From contig OZ024740.1 of the NCBI GenBank assembly GCA_964016885.1, positions 91,202,001 to 91,266,000 on the forward strand: 64,000 nt of DNA, in the 5' to 3' direction. Under the pieces are notes generated by a model. The model worked only from the letters and a program-made list of their open reading frames with translations. It ran no database searches and was not told where the DNA came from. This stretch comes from Eledone cirrhosa (lineage: Eukaryota). The translations under genes were made by a program, and so were the position numbers. Shown in pieces: positions 41,590 through 53,300 of this stretch. Within the stretch, counting starts at the first letter, position 1. Every line of letters starts with the position of its first letter.

Positions 41590-44500
41590 ATGACCTCACT
41601 CAGAATAGGCAGCATAAATGCGCGTGGCTTGGGGTCGTCATGGAAGCAGGGTCACCTGCTCAACGACCTCAGGTCACTAAACATAGATGTAGTGGCCATC
41701 AGCGAGACCAGAATCTCCGAAGCACGGGCCTTCGCACCGATCTTCGGCGGCTACGATGTGTACGCATCTCCCAGCCGTCCTGGATCGGGTGGAGGAGTTG
41801 CTGTGCTTTTTCGGAGAGGTTTGGATCTCGACATACGGGCCATCTTCCTGGACCCAGAGGGTAAGCTGGTGGTGCTGGACGTGACCAGCGGAGACGGGCA
41901 AGCTTTCAGGCTAGTGGCCGTCTATGCCCCGACAGGAGCAGGGCGGCCTGATTTCTTCCGGCGTCTGGAGACCTTTCTTGGAACGTCCCGCTCTTTAGTG
42001 TTAGTGGGCGACTGGAACGGGATCTTAGATGCACGCTGGGACTGTGTGGGATTAGCGGATAGGGGTGGAGGGTGCAAGAGCCTCACCAACCTGCTAAGGC
42101 GTTTTGAACTGTCTGACAGGTACCGATTGGATTTCCCGAATGTGCCAATGTGGACTTGGACAAACCGCATAGGGTCATCCAGATCATATCTAGATAGAGT
42201 ATTTTGTAGGGAAATAGATAGGTCTAGCATAGGCTGTCCACAATTCAAGATAGTCAGCTACACGGACCACAAATTCGTGACCTGTGTGCTTGACTTAGAT
42301 AGGCTTCATAGACGAGGACCCGGCTACTGGAAGCTAAACGCGTCCTTACCAGCGCGCAAGGCCTACAGAGACCGGATTAGCGAACTAGTTAAGCGGGCGT
42401 TGACGGGGGCCATCGTCAACAACAAGTGGTGGTTTGCTCTGAAAAGAACGATTAGAATAGTATCGATCAGGTTTAGTAAGGCTTTAGCAATAGAGAAAAA
42501 TAGAGCAGAGGGAGAACTAGTTAGAAAATTAGACGAGGCGCTTAGCAAAGGCATTGCGCCGACGTGCTTGCGGCGAAATTGGCCCTAGACCAATTCTTCA
42601 ATGCAAAGCACGAAGGCTGCGTTGTCAGAGCTAGGGTGCGTGCTCTCAGACACGAGGGGACGAAAGCCGTTCAATGGGCCCGAGTGGCGGAGGCGCGTCG
42701 TGGCAACAAAACCACGATCCGGTGTTTGGTGGACCACGACGGGCGCATGCTACTCGATCCCGGGCAAATGTGTGAAGCTTTTCAGCGACACTTCGCTCAG
42801 CTGTTCGGGGGCAGCGGGGGGCCGGGTAGAGGGATGGACTTTAGTGTCTACCTCGACGGACTGCCGCGGCTCTCGGCCACTGAGGCGAAGTGTTGCGAAA
42901 AGCCGATAACAGCCGCTGAAGTACGGGAGGCAATGACTGGCTGCACAAGGGGTAAATCGCCTGGTTTGGATGGTCTGCCCTATGAACTTTACGTACAGAT
43001 GCCAGACTTGTTCGGAGGCCTCTTGGCGGACGTCTACTGCAACTGGCAACAGAACGGGAGAATTCCCAGTTCTGTGAGCCGAGGAGCGGTGGCACTGCTG
43101 AGAAAGGATCCGAACAAGGGGGATAACATAGACAATTTCCGGCCCATAACTCTGCTAAACACAGAGTTTAAGATTTTGGCCAAGGTGCTAGCAAAGAGGT
43201 TGGCGCTTGTCGTTGGTGGTCTGGTGGGAGAGGCGCAGACATGCGTCATTCCCGACAGATCCATCCACGACAACCTCCACCTCATGTGATACATCGTAGA
43301 GAGGGTAGCTAGGGAACCTGGCACGGGTGGGTCCTTGATCAATTTAGATCAGTCGAAAGCTTTCGATAGGGTCGACCATCGTTACCTAGCGGCAGTCCTG
43401 AGGGCGGCTAGCTTTGGGCCCGTCTTCAGAGGCTGGATCGCTGCCATGCACAGCGACATCTGCTCTGTGGTGAGAGTGAACGGTCACCTGTCGGAACCGT
43501 TCAACATCATGCGCTCGGTCCGCCAAGGATGTCCCCTCTCGTCCCTCTTGTACGTATTGACTCTCGAGCCATTACTGCACAAACTGGAGACGTTGAGGGG
43601 AGTCCCGCGCGAACTAGGATGCGGAAGATCCGTGTCAGAATATGCGGACGATGTCACCGTAGTGGTGTCGAACGCCAAACACATCGAGGCGATCGGCACT
43701 ACACTAAGAGAATACGAAGCGGTGACAGGAGCAATGATCAACCAGGAAAAGTCAGTGGGCCTGCAGCTCGGCACCTGGAGAGGCAGGTCCATGCCGTCCA
43801 ACAGCGTCGTCGGGCGCTGGACGGACGGACCGGTTAAATTGCTAGGGGTCTGGTTCGGTCCGGACCTCCAGACGGACAAAAAATGGGACGAGGTGACGAG
43901 CAGGGTGGCTTCTCTCACCCAGAAATGGGCGGAGAGGAAGCTATCCCTGAAAGGTCGAGCGGAGGTGGCTAACGCGTACATCGCGTCTGTCATCTGCTAC
44001 CGCCTAACCGTCGTACCTTGTCCTAAGCCTCGCCTGACTGCGCTGGAGCGTTTGCTCTTTCGCTTTTTGTGGAAGGGACGTGCTCCGATGGTCAGGCGGT
44101 CCATCTGTTGTCAACACCCGCTACGTGGAGGGCTGGGCATGCCGTGGCTGATGATGCGCAGGCACGCGCTCAGGCTACGACATCTCCACCTCTTCCTCGA
44201 CGGTGATCAGGTGTGGTCGCCGTTTGCTAGACGCGTTTTTCCCCAGCTCGTTTCCTTGACGGAGCTGCAGTCCTGGGTCAAGCGAAGACCGAGAGGGAGC
44301 GCCTGGAGACTGGAATGTCTTCAGGCGCTCACAGCCCTCGACCAATCGGGCAATGTGATCGGTGGAAACTCCACCTCGGCGTTCTATAGAGGATTAGTGG
44401 AGGGGAAGAGCGACGACGTACTTGGGGAAACTCTAGGCATCGACCAAAATCAACTAGCCAATCTCTTCGGAAGAACTTTCGGGCCAGGGCCTATGGACAA

Positions 44501-45008
44501 CTTCCAGAAATCTCTGGCCTGGCAGTGCTACCGAGGAGCCTTGCCAGTTCGGGATAAACTCTACAGGCATGGAGGTGCCGTCGGCCGGGCATGTCCGAGA
44601 TGCGCGCAGGGCGACGAAACCGTCCTGCACGCACTCGTCCAGTGTCCGAAAATTGCTGACTTGTGGGTTTATGTCGAACACCTGCTGTCGCGTTTAGGAC
44701 GGATCCAGCTATCATCTGAGTCTATCGTGAGGATTGCCCCGCCCTCCTCCTTTAGCCGGGAAGGGCAGGCAGTTTTTATCTGTCTGGTGGCCATGGCGAA
44801 AGAGATAGTATGGTGGACACGTTTGAAAGGGCTGAAGACGAGCACTTACCTCTTCGGTGATGCTCTGATTGACTTTTTCAAATTTCATTTGAAAAGGAAA
44901 ATCAGAGTAGAGAAGGAAGGGCTCTCTTCCCAGCATTTTGTTGAAAGATGGGTGAGAGAAGCAAGAATGGCCCGAGTGAATGGGCCGACTCTGAGTATAT
45001 ATCTGTAA
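41590..45008 (+). CDS. ORF2 of A: APE + RT + zinc finger (frameshift near 42560, stop at 43287)
   Basis: SINARGL, ISET, VYAP, GDWN, LDRVF, TDH; RQGCPLS, YADD; CPRC..H..C. Confidence 0.9.
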
Positions 45009-45268
45009 ACTAAAGGTGGAAAACTGGGAGAGGGCATTTGCCTTGGTGGTCAGGGTCATTGTGGCTTTTTACTGGGCTTTCTCCACAAATGTCCCTCCGA
45101 AGTCTCCCCCCTATTGGGGAATTTTTCATTGTTATTTTCATTGTTATTTTTGTTACATCCTCTGTTTTTGTTTTTTTACACGCAGAAATGCCCATTTGTA
45201 CCGTCCTGCATTGTCCTGCACTGTCCTTAATGTCTACTTTATGTAAACCCTTGTGGTTAATAAATAAA

Positions 45269-45325
<57 letters not shown>

Positions 45326-45326
<1 letters not shown>

Positions 45327-48300
45327 AGCTGCATTTATCTTGCTTTAAGTTCATACGAGTTATCACCAAGTTACAACCAGTGACCTCAAGAGACAACAAG
45401 GTCCGCCATGTTCAAGAAATAACATACATACTGACACACGCATCTTTAGGTGTTTAGTCTTGTGATGTACTTATATTGACAGAATCTTCCTTAGTATATG
45501 GGCAGTTCCCATTAGTACTATCTTTTGTATTTCTCCTATACGCGGGTTTCCTGGGATTTGCGATAAGTAGTCGTTAGACCCCTTAGGTATCATTCCCAGA
45601 GCGCCTACAACCACTGGTATTGTTTTAGTTCTCAATTTCCACATTTTTCCAATTTCTATCTCCAGGTCCTGATACCTGCTCAATTTTTCAAATGTTTTTA
45701 TAGATACATTCTTGTCTATTGGAACGGACATATCAATTAGCAGGCATACCCGCTTTTTAAAGTCCTTCAGTATTATATCAGGTCTATTTGCATCTATTTT
45801 TTCGGTGTGTTTGGATGCTAAAGTTCCACAAGATTGAGATGTGATATTTTTTAAGTATGGGTGGTGGTTGATGCTCCCACCAATTATTTTGATGGGGCAG
45901 GTCAAAATGCTTACACATTATACAATGTATGTATTGTGCAGCTCCGTCATGCCTGTTTAGGTATTCGGTTGGAGCTATAGGACTGCACATTGAAATTATA
46001 TGGTCAATGGTCTCTGGTTGTTTTTTGCATACACGGCATAATGGGCTGCATCCATTTTTTATTATGTTGGCTTGGTAATTTGTTGTTGGCAGACACGGAT
46101 CTTGTGCTGATATAATCAGTACTTCAGTCTCCGATTAAAGTCCAGAGGATGCCAACCACTGATGGGTTAAAGTTTTGTCAACATCAGGGTTGTTAGCTCG
46201 TTCTGGGTATTTTCCATACAGAGGCTTTTCTTGCCATTTCTTAGCCAGTTACTGTAGCAGTTCTTTCTTTGCGTTTAATTTTACCTGCTTTGCTTTTTCT
46301 GTGTTTTCCATTTCAGCAGTAAATGGGACTTGGGAAATTTGTAGTCCATTACTGTATCGTTGTGCATCTTTTGTAATGGAGTATGATCATTTGATGCGTT
46401 CGTGTTTCAAAACGAGTTTGATCATCCAATAATATAATTCCCTTAGATATGTAGATAATCCTTTGTTGCAGTTTTCAACGCAATATCTAACTGGATTAAC
46501 CAAAGCACTCCTTCTTTCCTAGGGAGATATATTCTATCTGTATCTGCCTTAGGATGATGCATTCTGTGCATGGTTAACAATTTTCGAATGTTTGTATCGA
46601 GCCTACGGATCTCTGTGCTTGACCAGTTGATGACATTGTAACTGTAGGTTACTACTGGTATGGGAAGCGTGTTTATGGCATCGATCCTATTTCTTGCATT
46701 CAATTACGTTCTTAAGATTGCTCTTACTCTGCGGTAACATTCCTTCCTTATCCTTTCCCTCATTGTCGAGTGCTTGATTCCGTCTCCTTCACAAACACCT
46801 AGATATTTGTAAGTTTCCTCTTGATCAAGTTCTCTTATCACATTACCCGGATCAAGATTAATGTCTGAACTTTTCAGCAGCTTTCCTCTGGTGAATGTTG
46901 CTTTGGCGCATTTATCTAGTCCAAACTCCATGTTAATGTCATCACTGAACTGCCCCACAGTGGATAATAGCCTTTGCAATTGTTCATCATTTTTTGAAAA
47001 TAGTTTCAGGTCATCCATGTAGAACAAGTGATTAATGGTTTTGTCATAGACATTATATCCATGTTTTGTTTCATTGAGCATTTTACTTAATGGTATAAGT
47101 GCGATGCAGAATAAAAGCGGTGATAAAGAGTCACCCTTAAAAATTCCACAATGAATATTAACTTCTCCAGCTTCCAGTGATTTTGATTCACTATTAAAAA
47201 GGAGTGTCGTTTTCCAAGTCTTCATACTGAATGACAAAAACCTCCTGACAACGGGGGATATTTTGAAAATCTCTAAACATTTTTCAATCCAACTGTGTGG
47301 CAAACTATCGAATGCTTTTTTATAATCTATCCAAGCAATTGATAGATTTTTGTGTCTATTATGACAATCTTCCAGTATCATTTAGTTAACCAAAAGCTGA
47401 TCCTTACAGCCATATGAGCCTCGTTTACACCCTTTCTGCTCAATGGGAAATAGGTCATTTGTTATCAGGTGGTCATATGCATATTCAATTAGAACTGGTG
47501 TTAAAATTGTATACATTGTGGTCAAGCAAGTTATCGCTCTGTAATTTTGGGGATTGTTTGTCTCATCATTCTACGAAGGCAGGAATGTAATGCCGTTAAC
47601 TAGCCATGGTGGTATTTTTTCTGGCTCCTTAACTATTTCATTGTAAAGTTGGGCTAACAGCACATGAGTCTCTGTGAAGGCATTTATCCAAACATTTTGT
47701 ATTTTGTCTTTTCCTGGGGATTTCCATTTGCTGGTTTTTCTAAGAGCCAAACGCAACTGTTCAACTGTTATAGATTCCCATATTTGTTCCTCAAGGTGTG
47801 CTGTATCTTTCATTTGTCTGTCTATCCATGGGGCATGTATATTATGAACTTTTTCTTCGGCCCAGATCTTTTCCCATAATTCTTGCACTCCCTCCTTGGG
47901 TGGTATTGAGTTAGCAGTTATTGTTGACTTAACAATTTTTTCTGTAGAAGTTTCTTAGGTTGTTTTTGAACATATTATTGTCCTTATAGAATCTAGATCG
48001 TTTTTCAAATCGCCTTATGCGAGCAGCTTTGGCCGACATTTTTGCCTGATTATTTCTATCAGCATGTCTATGTCACTTGTTGATTTTATACTGTATTTTC
48101 TTTTCAATGTTCTAAGTTTAGTTTGTTTAACATGTTCACTTACTTTATAGTTCGTTTAAATTTCTATGTCAGATCAGAGAAGGTTTATTTGGCGGTTGAT
48201 GTTCTCTTGCCAAGTAGATTTCTTTTGGGATTTTCTTTGTTTTTTTCATTTTCACTCCACATAAGTGAGTAGTGACTTTAGCCGATGCATAATAGAGATG

Positions 48301-50216
48301 ATTTAAATCAGTAATGTTTAGTTTGTTTGTGGTGATAATGTTTTTGAGAATTATGTTAGTCTTGTTTATTATTTTTTGGTTCTGTTTGGAGTTCTGGATC
48401 TTAGGGAGGGTGTCTCGTTCCCCCATGTCATATTCTTTCTATTTTCATCCATTCGATCATAATTTCATCCTTCAAGTTGCAAGTTCATTCTCATTCATTT
48501 CTTTATCATTTACGATCTCATTGTTTTCATTTTGAGTTTCATCTTGAGCATGGACTCCCTACAATTTTTCGATCCTTTCTTTAATTTGTTCTGTTGTCAG
48601 TGATTCCGTCCCAACCCTGGGATTTGAAGTGTTACAATTTACCTCGTTTTCACTAACACATGTTTCATTTTCCCTTCGCTGACTTTGTGCTAATAGCTTG
48701 ATCTGATCAATTTCTATATCAGTTAGTAACATTTTTTTACAATATTTCTTCGTATATTGGCTAGTTTGTTACTGTCAATATAGCCTCTGTTTTCGGGATG
48801 TTTCTTTTTCCAGTTGATATATGTCTGTTCTGTATTCGATGTATTTGATGGGTAGTACATGGCAGTGTAGAATTCCTCAAGGACTTCTTTATTATCTTCC
48901 CTTGACCATTTTTCTCTCTTTTTCTTTGGATTTCTTGGTGGTGAGCATGGAGGGCCAACAGTAGGAATATTCCGGTTATGGGAGATCTCCAGCTCCGAAG
49001 TGATGGGAAGGTTTGAACCATTAGCTGATTTTTCGACCCCAGTCTGGTTACTCTCTGTTGGACGCGGCTCTTTTTGACCCGGGTGACGGCCGATCCGGTA
49101 TGAGATTTTATCATTTGACATTTACTTTATTTTGTCGCGTTTTATCAATATCCGCCAAGTGGTAATCATTTCGTGTTACCACTTCTAGGACGAATGTCAA
49201 CCAAGGTATTTCTTGGTCGCGGGGTTTTCTTTTTTGTTGTTTATTTAAATTGTTATTATCATGAGTGGTTCCTTAATGTGAGCATTGCGTGGCTTAAGAA
49301 TGAAATTATTAATAATATAATATACTTTTTGTTGAAGTTGTCTGTTATTGTTGTTGGCTATGTCGGTGGTGGTGTTGGGGATTTTTCTATTGTTGGTGGG
49401 GAAGGGGGAGCCAGCAGTGCCATAGTCGTTGTCGTTTGGCCGGTGGCCGGGTCACTAAGTCAATCTATTTATATCTTTTGCTAGCCTCTCCCTTGTCTAG
49501 TGATACCACCACCTTCCCCTTTCTTAAATTAATAGAAGGTAATGGGGGAATAGTGGTAGTAGCAATGAAGGAGTGGTGGCGGTGGTGATGGGATAGTGGT
49601 AGCAATGATGGATGAAGTGGTGGCGGCGGTGACTATAGTGATGGCGTTGTCGTTACTGAGTTTTGTTGAATAGACTGTAGTTTGTTTGATCGGTATATCA
49701 TTGCGGTTTGTCGCGTATGTTTGTATATGTGTTGACATATTACCTTAATATTGGAATTAAACATTTTATGAAAACTTGAGACAATAATAATAGTAATTAT
49801 TGTTATTATGCTGGGATTTGTGGTGGTGGTGGTGAAATTGCCGTTATCTGGCTGTTGTATTTAGTGTACACAGAGGGGTGATGGGATAGGTGGTGTATCT
49901 AGTTTGTATTGTTGGTGAAATTACTGTTATTTGGCTGTTCTATATAGTGTAGACAGAGGGGATTTTCTTCCATTTATAACCATTTTCTTTTTTGAATATA
50001 AAATGTATAATACAAAATTAAATAGTTTAGCGATATAACAGGATATTATGGATCCGAATTTTCTGAGAGTTGAGTGTGGTGCGTTATGTATCATTTGTAC
50101 TAAGAATTGTTATTTCACAATTGATTTAAATATGTTAAAAATCAAAAAATTACGAGACCGATTTCATGACCTTCTATCCACCACGTGCGTCTTCTTGCCA
50201 CGTACTTCTCCTTCCC
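45326..50216 (-). mobile_element. Full-length but degenerate R4/Dong-like element, family 2
   Basis: Bounded by (TAA)n at both ends; 5' region homologous to that of family 1. Confidence 0.85.
45471..49121 (-). pseudogene. Fragmented RT-RLE ORF of R4/Dong family 2
   Basis: REKWSREDNKEVLEEFY, KWKSPGKD, WIDYKKAFDSLPH, LFYMDDLKL, RHD and NRPDIILKD..LIDMS..KLSRYQDL across several frames. Confidence 0.88.
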
Positions 50217-50344
<128 letters not shown>

Positions 50345-53300
50345 TGGTGAAGCCACGTTTCTTATCGCCTCCAGTCTTTTTCAAAGTTTTACCTCTTTTT
50401 CAACCGTTCTAAACCTTTTTATTCAAGTTTTAAATTTGATAAAAGTTTAGAAGAAGTGACACACCTAATACTGGGGTTCACTAGTAAATAATACGGCACC
50501 CCTTTACGGGGTGTCGTATGCGCATTTGTGTAAAAATATTTTTTGAAAAATTTCAACATGGATAACACACAAAAGAGAGAGAGCGCTGTCAGACAACACA
50601 GAGAGAGGGAGACTTTATCAGTATGTCAACAAGACAGCGTTCCAGCGGAGGTAAATATAAACGAAAATATTACAAAGGAAAAAAAGATTGTTACAGATTT
50701 AAAATTAACAAATATTTCTAACACAAACAACACAACAATAACACCAACAACATCACCAACATCAACACCAAAAATAATAGCGGTAAAGTCGAGAACGACA
50801 ATAACAAAAATAACAGCGGTAAAGTCGAGAACGACAATAACAAAAATAACAGCGGTAAGGTCGAGAACGACAATAACAAACATAACAGCGGTAAGGTCGA
50901 GAACGACAATAACAAAGACAATAACAACAGCCATAAAAACAATAATAGTAGGAACAGTATCAACAAAAACAACAATAATAACAACAGCCACAATAACAGC
51001 AAGAGTATCACCGAAAACAACACCAACAACTGTACCAGCGAAAAGTACAACAATGACACCGATACCTGTAATAGCGACCTCAGCACCACCAGTAAGACCA
51101 GTAGCGGCAGCAATAGTGGTGCTGCTGAAAAAGGGACCACTTCTTTTGAAGGTGTCGCCCGAAATATCGAGACAATGTTAGTCACAGATGAGGAGATGGC
51201 AGTCGCAAAGGCCATGGTGACAAGAAGCGCAAATAGAGTTTCCCTGAAACCTCCACCCGATTTTTTCAAGGACCAGCAGCTACGAACGGTACTTACCGCA
51301 CCGTAAGCAAAATCTCACATCGAGTCGAGAGAGCCCCGGAGGCTCAAATCCCAAAGGCCTTGGGGTGCGTCTGGGCACGCAAAACCCACATCAGCCGAGG
51401 CAGAAAGTACGCCACAGTAGACGTACTTTTCGCCACCCCCCAGAAAGTCTCACTCTTTGGAGACCCTAAAGAGTGAGGAGTTAGTCTTGGTTCCCTCCTA
51501 CTGCGGGCAGAAAATTGTGAGGGTCAAAGTGACCCAGGTCCCACCCGACGTACCCATACCTTGGCTGGCCGCGTCTGTCCTTGCTGGAATTGAGAACAGG
51601 GCGACCATGCTGCAAGTAGAAAAAATAGGGAGAGAGAACTTGTCAGGTATAGGCATGCAAATTCTTATACAAATTGACCAGGAAAGTATCGAGGCTATCC
51701 TCGATATCATATCCTTTGAGGAAGGACTCCAACTCCCTATAAGTGTAGATGGAAGACGGCCAAAATGTTATCCCTGTGGGTCGAAAGGTCACCTCAGGGC
51801 CTTTTGCCCGGAGAAGACACCGACGAGGGCCCCTCTCCTTCCAATACCTGGTCCGCTGCTACCAAGAGCAGGACAGGCAACAAACGAAGATACCCCTTCC
51901 ACGGTGAGTAGGAGGGCAACGTCCGTAGCACCCGTACCAAGGCCACGGATAACTAAAGCATCATCATCAGTAGCGGCAACACCAATAGCTACATTTGAAA
52001 TAGCTACACCAGCAACAACATTGCCGAAGAGGGCACCACTACCACCACCAACAGCCGTGGAGCACATATCTCTCCCAGACGCCACAGAATCCGACATGGA
52101 GTTTGAGGCGGGAGTGACGTGGAAAACAGTCTGCCACAAAAAACAAAAAACAAAAAAAAAACCCTTAGATTCACCCTCCAAAAGCGAAGGCATACAAATA
52201 GGGGTAAACGCACCAAGGAAACTTGCAGCAACACAACCACAAACACCAACAACGCAAACACAACAAGACACACACACAAAACAGCAACAAGAAGAAAACG
52301 GCAACAAAATCACCCCTCCCCCAAAAAAGTACACAGCCATAAACATAGCAAAAAAAGAACTCATAAAGTATATAAAGCAGCACACAGACATCACCGAAAA
52401 AAATTACTACACCCCACCAACACCAAGAACTCTCCCGTCAAACATAAGAATCATCGAAATCTCATTAGAACAATACAAACCTTTAAAACAAAAATTCCCC
52501 AACGCAGTTGGAGACTTCAGAGGGACGGTTACCAAGAGACCCTGACATACTCTTGGAAACACCCATGACCAGCGAAAGGGACGGTTCTACTGTCCCTTCA
52601 CCACACGAACAAGGTAAGTGATCCTTTCTCATTTGCCCCGTTTGTCATCCAACATGGCTGTACTCAGAATATGAAGTATAAATGCACGTGGCCTGGGGTC
52701 ATCTTGGAAGCAGGTCACCTGCTCAATGACCTCAGGTTAATAAACATAGATGTGGTGGCCATCACTGAAACCAGAATCTCCGAGGCACGGGCCTTCGCAC
52801 CGATCTTCGGCGGCTACGATGTATACGCATCTCCCAGCCGTCCAGGATCGGGGAGAGGGGTTGCCGCCTTTTTTCGGAGAGGCTTGGATCTCGCGATACG
52901 GCCCATCTTCCTGGACCCAGAAGGTAAGTCGGTGGTGCTGGACGTGACCGGCACCGAATGCAACGCTTTCAGGCTAGGGGCAGGACGGTCAGATTTCTTC
53001 AGACGTCTAGAGACCTTTCTTGGAACATCCCGCTCTTTAGTGTTAGTGGACGACTGGAACGGTATCTTGGATGCACGCTGGGATCGTGTGGGGTTACTGG
53101 ATAGGGGAGGAGGGCGCAAGAGCCTCACCAACCTGCTCAGACGTTTTGAACTGTCTGACAGTTATCGACTGGATCACCCGAATGTGCCAATGTGGACATG
53201 GACAAACCGTTTCGGTTCATCCAGATCGTATCTGGATAGGTTATTCTTCAGAGAACTAGATAACGCTAGTATAAGTTGTCCACAATTTAAAATAGTCGAC

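Larger units (their letters stand above)
39273..45325 (+). mobile_element. Full-length Tx1-like element, subfamily A
   Basis: Starts right after (ATT)7 with the same 5' end as the copy at 56312. ORF1, ORF2, AATAAA at 45259, (ATT)n tail 45271-45325. Confidence 0.95.
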
